Assembly (NCBI GenBank): GCA_030704615.1
Contig: CM060733.1
Span: 39,184,001-39,248,000, forward strand
Source of the DNA: Takakia lepidozioides
Lineage: Eukaryota; Plantae; Bryophyta
Reading direction: 5' to 3'
DNA: 64,000 nt
Under the pieces are notes generated by a model, which was not told where the DNA came from, did not search any database, and was given only the letters and a program-made list of their open reading frames with translations. Position 1 is the stretch's first letter. Each line of letters opens with the position of its first letter. Below are positions 48,991 through 61,724 of this stretch, piece by piece. A program made the position numbers and the translations under genes.

Positions 48991-51900
48991 CTATTGGAGT
49001 TGCAGATGTATGATGTACCGTTTCGGTCGACCACGCTCCTCATCGACGTAATCCATTGCCAAGGCGCCAGAATCGGTGTAGACCACATCTTGCTGTCCCC
49101 GCAACTCCATCTCGGCCTGCTTACACCACGTGGGTGTACAAGAGCTTCTGCCACCAATGTGAGCACCTTTGGTCTACCTACCCCCTTTGATCTCCTTCAC
49201 CACTTCACTACGCGTGCCATCATATATCTTCAAAAAGAGACACAGAAAGAGAGACTGATGTACTCAGTGACTGCTTCCTATGAAGCTTTGCTGTAACTAA
49301 GGGCAGTTCTGACCCCAGAAACTACTGACCACCCCAGAACCAGTCGTGGGGTCTAAACTAACCAGACTCCACCCGACATTACCATAAGACCTGCCAGCAA
49401 ACATGTGAACCAGTGGTGATTTGAATGGCTCTCATCATACTAGAAAAAGTGATGATGAATCTTAATGCTGAGCTTGCAATGCCCGTCAAAGTGGAGTGAG
49501 GGAAAGGAAATGTAGCAAAATGTACGCAGACATGTGTCACAATGAAAAGATTTAAGCACAGGACCCCCCCCCCCCCCACCACCCCTACAGTCCACCCTGG
49601 ATAAATGTTCCCCCTACAAGTGTTCAACTGCCATATAAGTTGGGAATTCTACTCCATTACATTGTACACTAAGTATGGTTGAAAAATCTACCAACCTCTT
49701 CACTATATTTCCCTGCCTAATTCTCACTTGCCTGGCATACTCCATATACATGGAAAAGACAACAGGTTATTAAGTGTCCACCACAACCCACATTATGAAC
49801 TGTTGCAGGTGAAAGATGGGACTTTGTAAGGGGATTGGTAGGTCCTCAATGGCGATACATTAACTGCTGAAATGTTAGGAAAATTTTACCCTCTTCACTA
49901 ATTTGCCTTGCATAATCGTTAATTGCTTAGAATACTCCATACATGTAAAAGATATGACATCTTGTAGTGTCAATCACCACCCGCATTATGAAGCTACTGC
50001 AGATGAAATTTGGCATTTGTAGGGTAATTGGTAGGTCCTCAAGTGGCTTTGGGTGTTGCGGAGGATGAAGAGCAGGTGGCTACAACCATGTCCACCCCTG
50101 TAGCATTCAAAGATAGCCATAGATACTACTCGTGAGTGTCTTGTGCAACGACCTAATGAAGCCATCAAGCTCATAAAAACAGTGGCATCAGTGGAGAAGG
50201 TGATCAATATACACACTAGAGATCAAACAAGGCTAGATTCTCACTTTTGGCCCTCTAGTGATCTGTGGATCAAGAAGAGACTGGATACCTAAGAAGAATT
50301 TTTATAGCTTATTTTTTAACCTGCCAAAATCTTACATGTGAGTGTTAACTTTTTATATGTTTAAATGCTAGCTATTTCCTACTCCAGATAACATTTAACC
50401 AAGGTGGACTGGTGGACTGGTTTAGTTTTGCTATCTATGACTATGAACAATATTACCACGGCACTGCAGCTCCATGGGCAGAGATCTAGTTCAAATCATT
50501 AGATTGAAGACTTTGAACCCAAAAACTTAGCTCCATTGACCTTTAGTAGGTTGGGCAGAAACCCTTCCTCTAATCATTAGCAAACAACCACAAGCTGTGT
50601 TGTTTAAGGGAGATGAAGGCCCAAGGCCATGAAGTGCAATACATGTGATGTTACAGAAATTGCGAGATCTCACTTACCTTGATGGATTTGCGCATCTCTT
50701 CTGCTCTGTCCTCAACCTCCTTCTTGTGGCGTCGGTCAAGCTCGCTCATACTGTCAGCCCACTTGATTTTCTCTTGTATTGTCAGCAACAAATTATCCGA
50801 GTTCCCCAGCCTGCACTTACATACACAAACCTTCAAATTTCGTCCAACGTGACGATTACGCCAAATAGGCTGCTGCAGATGAAGTTCATTAACATGCTAC
50901 TCCTGAGTGGCAACTCCCAGAGTAACACAAAATAACCAACATGTTTAAACTAAAGGATGCTCAATGTCTTTCAAAGGTTCATGGTGGTATCGCTGAGATA
51001 CAGCACCTAATGCAAAAGCTGTAGGGCAATGAGGATATTGTCATATTTGCTACAAAAGACCTCCAACAACTAGAACCTTGAGTGTTTCTGCAGCTCAAGA
51101 AGTTGCAATTTCTTCTAGGGAATCTTATTGTAGTAAAGTCTGCAACAAGATCCAAGTGCAAAAACTTGGTATGTTCGGTGTTAGAGTGCTCATCAAACCA
51201 CGCCTCCACCATGCCAGTTTCATTCATGAATACTGTGGATAGGAATACGTGTCACACAAAAGAATGGGTCCAAAAACAAGCATGCGATTTGGCAGGACGC
51301 ACAGCAACGATGCTGTTAACTCGAGCATGACATCAACTTGGGTTTTAGTAATGAACACAGAACTATTTTACTTTTAATGCCCGACTGCAGGAGAGGGCCT
51401 GTTACCAGGTGGCCAGAGTCTGGATCATGTTGTCAAGCTGCCCAGGTCTCAAGTCCCTCCCTGCTGCAAATTGCACCTATTTCCAACCAGGAGTAACAAC
51501 ACCCATTTGAGCAAACTCTGGAACTCCGCTGACTATGAAACACGAGCTCACGACCTGTGTGCCCCAACTTAACATATGTCCAGACAGAGAGAAAGAGGGG
51601 GAGTACTAACAGTTCCGTAATGTGCAATGTACTGCTGTGTATGGTTTCGGTGGACCCTTCCTGACCCATCAGTTTCCAGGATTTCACTATGCCGGGAATG
51701 AAGAGAGAACATTTGCAAATCTATGTATGGCCTTATTATCCTTGTGGCAGCATTTGTTCATTTCTTGAATAAAAGTTATGTGCATCTCAGGCGCAAAAGC
51801 AGGCATGAGAGAAGGCATGAGATTCACCTCAAAACAACGGCGCCGCTGATCCAACTTCCCCCTTACGATACCCTAATTAGCACCAACCCCCACAGCTTAA

Positions 51901-54726
51901 ATAATCAGACCTTGCTGCATCCCAACAAGGTAACATGACAAAGTGGTGCCTCAAAAAAGACACCCTGCATAACTCTACTCTTAGGCTGCTTATATTGGAG
52001 CTGAAGTCACCATCAAGTGAGAATCATTTTGGAGTTCCACAAAATTTGAAAGGCAAGTTTTTAGATGAAGCAACAATTACACTGTACACCCAGCAAACGA
52101 AAAGAACGGCCACTGCACACCAAGACTCCGTTGACAGACCAGGCTAATCTTTTAAATGGAATTTAAATTATCTTGAAATTGAGTGGGTGACCATGTCCAA
52201 CAAATGTAGACTGAACAATGTCTGGGAAAGCACAAACAAAATATGGACGGTACAGGATGGATATGATTGCATACAGAGTACATGCAGTCATTGATGAGAA
52301 GGTCTTCAAGCTCCCGCACATTGGAAATGTCCAATTGTTGCATCAACACATCATATGGCAACACCTGAGAGTCCAAAGACAGAGGACATAACAAGGACTT
52401 AAGTTTATTAGTGCAGGTGGAGTGTACAATTTGATAACTCAAATAGGCTTTTTAAGTGTGGAAAAGGAACTGATTGAAATGTTAATATGGCTGGTTTTTC
52501 CAGTCCAGGAACATCGATTCTTTTAACAAATTAGAATTTCCCATAGTTTCCTGACACTGGACAAAGTATATATCTAGTTGTAACTGCTAGTTGGCTGTTA
52601 ATGACTCATCAGCTGACAACAGATGCATTCTGTGAAGACTTCCTTAATTAGGTTTGTATATGCTGATAGGTGTAATACAAGTTAACTACTGCAGGCAATA
52701 AATTGCCATGTGGGCCCAGCTGTGCTCTTGCAAGACTCTTCGGACCCTGGAAACAAGCTGTCCAATGGACTGCAAACAGATGACACAGAGAAAGGTGACA
52801 GCAGAGCAAACCTTAGCAGTTTCAGCCAGCGTCATGACTGTTAGTTGCTTAAGCTTCAGCTCTTGTTGTGGCTGCAGCACTGGTAGCAGCTGTGCATTAT
52901 CTGCAGCAAACGAGCTGCGTTGAGAATCCCCCAATATAGTTTGTTCCAAAACTAGAAGTGATATTGAGCTTGAAAGATAAGTACTGACACTAAATATAGC
53001 TCACAAACATTTGTTGATGATAAGCAGTTTAAGCAGTCTATGCATCACTCTTACAGATATTGACACAAAAGTTGAAGCAGTGAGCTTCTGGTGTGTCAGT
53101 CTCTTGTCCTAACACACATCCTCACACAAATATGCCTCAGTAGGACCTCTGATGCTGCTCTGTTCAAGGAAGAGATGTGCCGGACTTCTTGGTACAAGCA
53201 CATGTTGTAGATGGAGCAAACCTAAGGATCTAAATAAATCCCTTCTATCCCTTTTCGCAGGCTTCCTCCCCTCCAAAAACCCCTTTTCCAAGATCACAGG
53301 TTCAATGGCTACAAGGCCATTGCAACAGAATATTTTGGTCTCTTCCAGCAGAACAGCTAAAAGCATCGAAAACAAGAGGTAAGGCAAAAACCTACTTTTA
53401 AAATCTGACCAGGTGCCATGTGTGAAAAGGCGAAGTAGATCCAGAGCCCCTGAGTGCTCCGTTCCTTTCAGCTGTCCTTACAATTAAGGCAGTCATTAGT
53501 GCTCTGATGCATAGAGAAAACTATAATAACATAAATAATAACCAGAGTTTTGGTTTCTCATTCCGCAGGTCAAGAACCAACCACTGCCTCCACTTTGACC
53601 TTGAGTGTTCAACAGTTCACAGTCGATACAAAAGGGTGGAAGATTTTGAGCTGCCTGCCTACAGCCTGCCTCTATCATCACAGTATTTGATGGAGGCAAG
53701 CTTTCTGTTTGATTCAGCAGCATTTTATTGCAGAACTCTGCATAAAGGGTCCACAATCAAAACATATGTGTCCACCTCTTTGCTTAGGAACCAAAACTGG
53801 ATGGTTTTAGTTCCCCCCTAATCCTGAAAGCCTGCAGTCAATTGTTTTGTCCAAAGAGGCAGACATCTGTCAGCACCCTATTCATCTGATGCATAGGTTA
53901 AAGGGTGAGCTAGAATAGTGACTACCACCCAAATTAGGGTCTGCCTACCACATCTGAAGGCCAGCCAGAGGAAGATTTGAATACAGGGATTCTTAATAGC
54001 ACAGCTACTATTATTTCCGGCTAATTTTGAGCCAAAACAACTCAAGGCGTCTCCACAGTATTGGAGACCAAATCGGATAAATCGAGATTCGTAGATCTGA
54101 TGACCAACAGTCGCTACCAAATTATAATGTCAGTAGGTTTTGGTGTTGGATAATAAACATGGCAGATACCGCAAAACTTGAAACACTACATACCAGTCAG
54201 ATACATGTGTAACCTAGAATGCAAAATGCTAGGGCACGTTCCCCTAGTCTGTAAGATTCAAATATCGAACACGCATTAATATGGTGTGGAGCTTATGAGA
54301 AAATGCCGACAGAAGATTACCAAAATCTAGGAAATATGCTCATCGGGAACTGATCCCTTTTGGAGGTGGTCCAATCACTGAGAAACTCAATTCAAAAGAG
54401 CAAACGGAGCAACATCGATCACACCTCAAACTGATCGGTTCATGTAACAGAGGCATGGAAAAACAGACCACTGCCCTCGGTGATGTGGATAACATAGAGA
54501 ACAATTACACAAGCCAACCGAAAACATCGATAAACACCTTAAACTCATCAGGTCACAGATCACCAACCTCAGTTATGTGCGGAAGAGAGAGAAGCTCAGA
54601 AAAAGCGAACAGCGATGGATGCGATGTTGCATGCGTTATGAGTTCCGCTGCCGCCCGTCCCCTCGCACTCCGTGCCAGCACCACAAACTGCTCCACCAGA
54701 TCTGCCTGCTTCTGCTCGACCTCCAT
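48991..54726 (-). CDS. CSN7: COP9 signalosome subunit 7 (exons 54568-54726, 53396-53471, 52812-52900, 52275-52364, 51828-51872, 51406-51476, 50678-50810, 49116 to ~48991; 3' end uncertain)
   Basis: MEVEQKQADLVEQFV...HPSLFAFSELL|...LLRLFTHGTWSDF|...LKLKQLTVMTLAE|VLPYDVLMQQLDISNVRELEDLLINDCMY|GIVRGKLDQRRRCFE|VQFAAGRDLRPGQL...MDYVDEERGRPKR. Confidence 0.92.
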
Positions 54727-55180
54727 CTCTCTCCCCCCCTCCCCCTCCTTCCACTCTCTCCCGCACTCCCAACAAATTTTCAGAGAAGCCTACTTTCAAG
54801 CGTCCCCTTCACACCTCCAAAAACTACTGTGTGGCACCTCCCTCCACCCTCTCTCTCGCTCCCTCCCGCACTTTCTTCCTCCCGATTCTGGAGGAAGGGT
54901 GTTTGAAGCTGCGTCTGCACAAAACCCTAGCTCCAGAAACGCCCGTCACACTCCCCAGGCTTGCCTGCCCTTCAAACCCTAAAATTATTAAGTTTGAAGC
55001 TAGTTCATGAGCGGATGAAAAACATTCCTATCCCCCTATTTTTAGAGTCTAGCTCAATACTAGAGAATATAAATAATATACGCTTAATAAATAACTGCCT
55101 GTTCACAGAAAGCTTCATTCATCGATCGCGTGGACGAAAGAGGAGCCACTTGTCAGGAAGCCAAAATGCATGGAATCTCG

Positions 55181-55436
55181 ACACGTGGCATGGCACAGCG
55201 CGCCCAAGTGTGTGGAGCGCTCGACGTGGCTGGAATACCCAGAAGCCCACTGAGCGTTCGATGCATGCATGCGCGGATGGAGCCGTTAAAGGTCTCGGAT
55301 CCGTCCTCGACTGCAGTCGCACTAGTTTGCTGATCTTGGTGGTGGAGGCCCAGAATTGACGCTCTACAGGGGGTGTTGTTGGCCGTGTGGTAGTCTAGTG
55401 CGAATCAGAAGCGAAGCATTCGGAATTCTTATAATC
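55181..55436 (+). promoter_or_regulatory. ABRE/G-box pair, RY repeat and TATA upstream of the HSD gene
   Basis: ACACGTGGC at 55181, ACGTGGC at 55224, CATGCATG at 55264 and TTATAA at ~55429. Confidence 0.55.
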
Positions 55437-55483
55437 TCGCTTGCATTCAGGATCTGAATTGGAGGTGGAGAGAACTTGTTGAA

Positions 55484-57980
55484 ATGGTGGATCTAGTGCA
55501 AACCTTTCTGGACGTTGTGGTACCTCCAACAGGTACGTTTTCAGATCTGCACTAATAATAAGAAGGTAAGAATGTGTCTGCAAGTTTGAATGTACAATTT
55601 TCCGTGTCCAGTGACATCATCTGCTTGCAAGTCATACTGAGCTAATTTCTACAGGCCATGTCCCTCAGGGTCAATGCGAGAAAGGCCGGGCGGTAAACTC
55701 TGTGATGAAGTATCGTTGTGCACCTGCAGTCATGTGGATACTGACTGTTATGCCAAGCAAACTGACGTATTTTGGTTGTGAATGCGATCCAGCGGTACTG
55801 TCCCTCGCACTTGTATGGCCGGTGCTAGCTTTCGTTGTGCACCTGCAGTCATGTGGATACTGATCTGACTGTTATGCCAAGCAAACTGACGTATTTTTGG
55901 TTGTGAATGCGATCCAGCGGTACTGTTCCTCGCACTCGTATGGCCGGTGCTAGCTTTCTTCAAGGCGACCAAATGGTTTTCAACATTATTTTTCCATGAA
56001 GATGTTCGCGGTAAGGTGGTTCTCATCACAGGTGCATCTTCCGGAATTGGCGAGGTATGTCGCTCTTCCTCTCGAGCATGTTAATTGGAAGCTGCTAGAC
56101 TTTGAGGAACGGGAAAGAAACCGACATCGTCAACTAAGGACTGTTTAATTTGTTTGCTTCATGGCAGCATATGGTCTATGAGTACGCAAAGAGAGGAGCC
56201 CGTTTGGTGCTGGTGGCACGCAGAGAAAAGCTCTTGAGCGATGTTGGTAACCGAGCATTAGCTAAGGGTGCCGCTGATGTGCGCACCATCGTCGCTGATG
56301 TTTCGCACGAGGACCAATGCAAGCGATTTGTTGAGGAGACGATCAACACCTACGGCCGCTGTATGTTCCTTGCCCATACCTCGCTCGCTCCTGCTCTCGC
56401 CGTGTTGCTGGAAAACCGTTCAAAGAGCTAGTCGCAGATTGGAGAGAAATTTGGGAGAGTTTGTATATATCTAGGTAGGAGTAGACCTGTGGATTTCTTA
56501 AGATGCTCAGAAGGCGTGTGGACAGTTTGCTTGATAGGCATCGCATTGTATATATGTGATCCGAGATGTGATCCACCCATTGAATGATCTTGAGTCTTTT
56601 ATTCTGCGGAATGACGTGAGAGTTTGTTCGTGATCCTGTGGGGTTCAAAGAGTGATATACTGGAGATTTGATTTGTGGGGATCATGGGATGATTGATTCC
56701 ACTGGGGGAATGCAGTGGACCATCTGGTGAACAATGCAGGCGTTGCACACAGCTATTTATTCGAAGAGGCGAAGGACACATCTGGCATGAGGACCGTGAT
56801 GGTACAGTTATCCTCTTCCTTCTAAACCATATTACGATAGCACCATCTTACAGGCGTATTCTCTCATGTGTTATTTCTCTGGTTTGAGAGTATGTTGCTC
56901 AAAATTGCCTTGGTTGTGTCAGTAACCAAGTGGAGATCTCTGCAGGATATTACATTCTGGGGAGAATTGTACCCAACCTACTATGCTCTGCCACACCTAA
57001 GGCGCAGCAGAGGGAAAATCATGACAACAGCCTCTGTTGTCAGCTACATACCATACCCGAGGCAAAGTATCTACAATGTAAGTTGTCACACTCCATGCAT
57101 TCCCCCTGCTGCAGGTTGTAATATCAAGTCAGTCCCCAGACAAGTTGAAACCGTTGCCCAGTGTCATTCAGAAAACGTATCATCTACATCTAGCTACAGT
57201 GTCCCACTCTGAAGTGTAGGAGCTGAGCAACTCACACCTTGTATATACAGCTCCACAATTAGCACCCGTTCAAGCGAGGCAGTACATATGGTTTTACAAT
57301 GTGTGCAAACATTTCGTATCCTAACAGTGATGTTGTATGGTGTACAGTCTGCAAAGGCAGCTGTCGTCCAATTCTATGATACACTAAGAGTGGAACTTGG
57401 CAATGCGGTCGGCATAACAATTGTATTTCCTGGCTGGATTGAGAGCGAGATGACTAAGGGAAAATTCGTGACAGATCGTGGAGAATTGAAAGTTGACCCA
57501 GAGCAGCGCGATGTAAGGATGACTACAGTTTTTGTTGATCTCTTTCAACTCGCTGTCTCTGGATTATTGATTTTGTACTATTCTTGTGGTTTCCTATGTC
57601 CCAATTAGAAAGCAGGAATCTTCCAACGCCGCTTATAATTGCCGATTCTATTCCACTGAAATTGAAGAAGGTGGTATCGTGTTGAATAACTGCCGATTGC
57701 GCTGATGCAGTTGCATGTAGGGCCATTTCCAATAGCATATGCAGAAGAATGCGCCAAAGCTGCTGTGTCGGGCACGATTCGGGGCAAGCGCTATGTGCAG
57801 TATCCAATGTGGTACTCAGTGTTCCTGTTGTATCGTCTGCTTGCCCCAGAGATGATGGATTGGCCCGCCTACCTCTTCTATGTTGGGCCTCAGCCTAAGA
57901 AACCATTGAGCAAAAAAGTGATGGAGGTTACGAAAGCTGAGCGGGTCTTGTATCCCTCGAGCGTTCAGAAGACTGAGTGA
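55484..57980 (+). CDS. HSD: 11-beta-hydroxysteroid dehydrogenase-like SDR / steroleosin (exons 55484-55532, 55918-56054, 56168-56360, 56716-56801, 56946-57077, 57348-57512, 57711-57980; 343 aa)
   Basis: Hydrophobic anchor MVDLVQTFLDVVVPPTAVLFLALVWP, GKVVLITGASSGIGE, LDHLVNNAG, catalytic YNSAK, PGWIESEMTKGKF. Exons sum to 1032 nt. Confidence 0.9.
55713..55957. repeat. ~120-125-bp tandem duplication across the HSD intron 1/exon 2 boundary
   Basis: tcgttgtgcacctgcagtc...gatccagcggtactg...ggtgctagcttt occurs twice. Confidence 0.93.
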
Positions 57981-59409
57981 GTAGAAACAGACAAATAGAT
58001 TGAAGCTACAAGTTTTGTAAATACCAGGTGTGTGGGAAACTCTCAAAATTCCCTACAGCATTTTGCCAGTGTTGTCCCTGGGGTTAGTCTGTCATTAAAT
58101 GGGGATGGGTTTTTTGTTATGTTAGCAATAGATACGCACTCCAGTTACAGTTTTGAAGTGATGACATGGTCATGCTCAAATCTCCCTGTGATATACAGTG
58201 GGGAGAATGGTGTGGGCAGCTTGTGACCAGAGGATTATAGTGAACATATCAGCTAGAGGATAGAAGGTAGAGGGGGTACAGTCTGCCCTTGATAAATGTT
58301 ACCTCTATAAACGATAAACTACCATAAATGTGAAGAAAATTTTACTCCCTTCCTTCCTCCCTCCCTTTCCGCACCTTAGTATTATTCTCTACAATTGTAG
58401 GTCCCAATTGTCAAGTGTTCGGTGCTCCTTCAATGAATCTAAAGGCTAATCCTGTTGCAACTGCCATCTTTTGTTTCCAAGATGTGGTCAGTAGTATTTG
58501 TGTCCTTGCATCTTCATTGAACTGGTAGTACCTCAAATACTACATGGAAACTAGTTGTGCAATTACTTGGAACCCTGCCTCCAACCACCCAAGCGAAGGA
58601 GGGGATGTAAGTATACAACTCTCCCTGTCTTATATTGGTGTGGTACTAAACTCACACAGGCTACATAATTCGGTCAAAATCAAAAGTGGTAAAAAAAATG
58701 GAAGTGATGAAACTGAGTTCACCTGTCTGGCTGTACTAACTAAAAGCACTGTTTACTAGATGCCAATGACTTGCTTGTTCGGGTAAGCACAGGTTAAAAG
58801 TAGACTTATAATTTTCTACTCACTGTCACAGAGTCAGGTATCAAAGAGTGAAGACCATCTAAACCCTATACACTGAGAAAATGAGTAACCTTAACATAGC
58901 CATCATGTGGGGAAAATTTTCAAACTCCTGCACTAAGTTTTGATCCAAATGTAAAACACTCACCTGAAGAGTGCTTCATCATCGACAATCCATGCAACCG
59001 TGACACAAATCATAGAAGGGACATGAGCCTTGCTGACCATGACCTCCCAATCTGACCATTGTGCAAACTAACTTGACCTTTTTGCTGATTATTTCTAAAA
59101 CCAGTAGTTCAAAACAATCTCAGCTATAACAACAGTCTGGAAACTACTCCTACGAACTTTAAACCTCCAGGGAAGATACATTCAACACATGGCAGATGCA
59201 TTCCCATGAGTCACACAGTTAGCAACTTCAAACTTGTAAAGCACCACATGTAATGCTCTAAACCACTCTTAGCCTGCTAGTGTAAGCATATCTGCATGAC
59301 TGAGGATTTAGATCTACGTCAAAAAACTCAACTGCAAGCCTCCAGATATATCCATAAAGACTACATCTTAAGCTCATTTGTCAATATGCCAGAAAGGCGA
59401 AAAACTCAC

Positions 59410-59660
59410 TCAAGAAAGTAGTTGGATTCATGACCATAGGGACCCTCCACAGCCATCTGCAGAGCAAACGGGCAGGGTGCTGGTTTCACTGCAGCAGTTA
59501 CTGCATGTTTCAGCTTGTCGCTCCATTCCCCAAGAGGTTTCACCAACAACTTCAGTTGGTCATCGCCGTAAGGGCTGGAGGACACTGAAGGGATGCCACT
59601 GCAGTGATGGAATTCCTGGGACATTAAGGAAAACAAAGCTCAAGGCATGATACTTCATAC
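59410..59660 (-). pseudogene. FRO: Isolated, frameshifted exon of a ferric reduction oxidase (FRO) / NOX-family gene
   Basis: GMKYHALSFVFLNVPGIPSLQWHPFSV then a frameshift to SSPYGDDQLKLLVKPLGEWSDKL...VEGPYGHESNYFL. Flanked by AG and GT. Confidence 0.8.
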
Positions 59661-61724
59661 CTGAAACAATGAGAAACCAGGCTCAGTTCATTTTTCTCAG
59701 CATTTTTGGGTCATCAATCAAGGACATCCTGTGATGTTGCTTCTGTGTGAACAGAAGTCAAGTAGCACTCACAAAACACTTCAAACAGGTAATTAAGACA
59801 AAAGCCCACACAGCCATGCCACACCAACACAGGTCCTCTTAAAGTCCTACTGTGACTGCTTGATAAACTTTCTGCGGTCTATTATGTGTGGGTGTGTATG
59901 GGAAAGGCAGGTGGAGTAACAACACTTTATTTCCAATCGCCTTGAGGCTATAGCCCCACCCCTTTGTTTTAGTGGAGCAGAAAGAGCGGGAAGAGAGAGG
60001 AAGGGACCATGGGAGAAGAGGAGAATGGGGCCACCACGTGGGGCGGAAGGCTTGTAGTCCTGCCTACACGAAAGGGCCAAGGACTTATCATTTCAGAATT
60101 TTTATGACATTTTCCATCCAGTAATTGGACCCTCCTTTCAGATATGTTCACAGAAATCCTGTAGCATTGCATCAGGATTTAAGTGCTATTTGCACAGAGA
60201 AGGCCCGTGAATTCCCTTTTTCTGAGCTCATTTAACCTACTGTATAGTTGACAACCAACTCTTGGTTGGACAAAGAGAGAGAGAGAGAGAGAGAGCAGCC
60301 AAGACTGAGGCGGGAATACAATCTTTCTCACTTGTTGGCTTGGCCAGTGCCAGAGGTTGCCTTAAGAGTACATATCTTACCTATCCATTTATAACCATTG
60401 ACATCTCCAACCAGTTTGTCCAGTGTTTCCCATGTCTCTTGCCAGTTGCCCAAAGAACTTGTCCCACTTCGAGTTGTTTCCTTTGGTTAGTCAGCCTGAG
60501 AAGTTGAAAGTGCCCAGCCGCAAGCCAGCCCTTTGCATGTAAATTGTTTGTCGTCTAGGTAGCCTATGGTTGCTCCTGGACGGCCGTTCTCCAAAGGGGG
60601 GACAATTACCCCGTGTGTAGATTTTGCTCGTCTTGTGTAAACTTTCAGGATTGACAAACCCTTCAGAGTACCAAATCCTTCAGTTGCGTTCAGGCCTCGC
60701 ACAATTAAGGGCATATTGTCTATCTGGCTACTTGGAATCAACCTCATCCAGAGCATCAAAATGGTTAGAAACATCAAGTTGAAGTCCCTGCCCTTGGTTG
60801 TCTTCCTAGGGCGCCTCATTGAATCACCATTGTCAAGTCTCAAGAAAGAACCATTAGCCAAATAATCCAAGCAAAAGCTGGAGCATGTAGTTTTAAAGGA
60901 CACATCGTCCATTCTGGGATTCACCCCAAAACTACACATGAAGCCCTAGATTTGGCATGAGTAACCAATTCCCAGGAATCACCATTGGGGAGTGTTGTTA
61001 TTGACAAGAGGTAATGTATTGGTATATTTTGCAGGCTATAAGTTTAAGCACAAGGACCAACCTTAGCCCAAGTGCCGAGTATGCTAGACAGAGCATACGA
61101 CTGCCCAATTTGAAAGAAGGGGCTGCCCCCAAGCAGTTGGGGTCCGCTTGTTACCATTCAAAGATCACCACTCCAAAGGAGCTGCAGGGAATGGCCCGCG
61201 TAGGCATATTCTAAAGAGGGAAAGGCCCCAAACTCTCCAACTAAATCCAATGCACTACCTTACCTGAAGCAAAGCTCTTCAGGTCAAAACAAACAAAGAC
61301 ACGAGGTCACAGGGCCAACATTTAGTCACAGAGACATTTATGTACTCCCGTATCAAGTCCACCCAATGGCAATAGGAAGACTCCGGCCAAAGCCGGGATA
61401 ACTTAGAGCCACTTTGCCTTGCGGCTACCCGACAGATTTGCTGTTTGAATATTTGCACTTGCCTGAAACAGTATCCTGAGAAAAGAAGACGTGTGGGTAA
61501 GTTACAAGATGAACTCACAACAGAGATCCCATGCAAGGGAATGAACATTTCTCAAGGCTGCTAAAAACAATGCCTCAACCTAAATCTATTGGCCTGCTAG
61601 ATAAGCTCCACTCTACTTATGAAGGTAGTCTCTCTCAGTCAGATGAGCTCAGTACACACCAAGTTTACCCGCATGCCAGGTGCAAACAAACAATGACCAG
61701 CCTGAAGATAAATTAACTGAAAGA

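Noticed and set aside
60487-61500. 150-aa ORF or LINE remnant
   Set aside because: No recognisable domain or splice structure.
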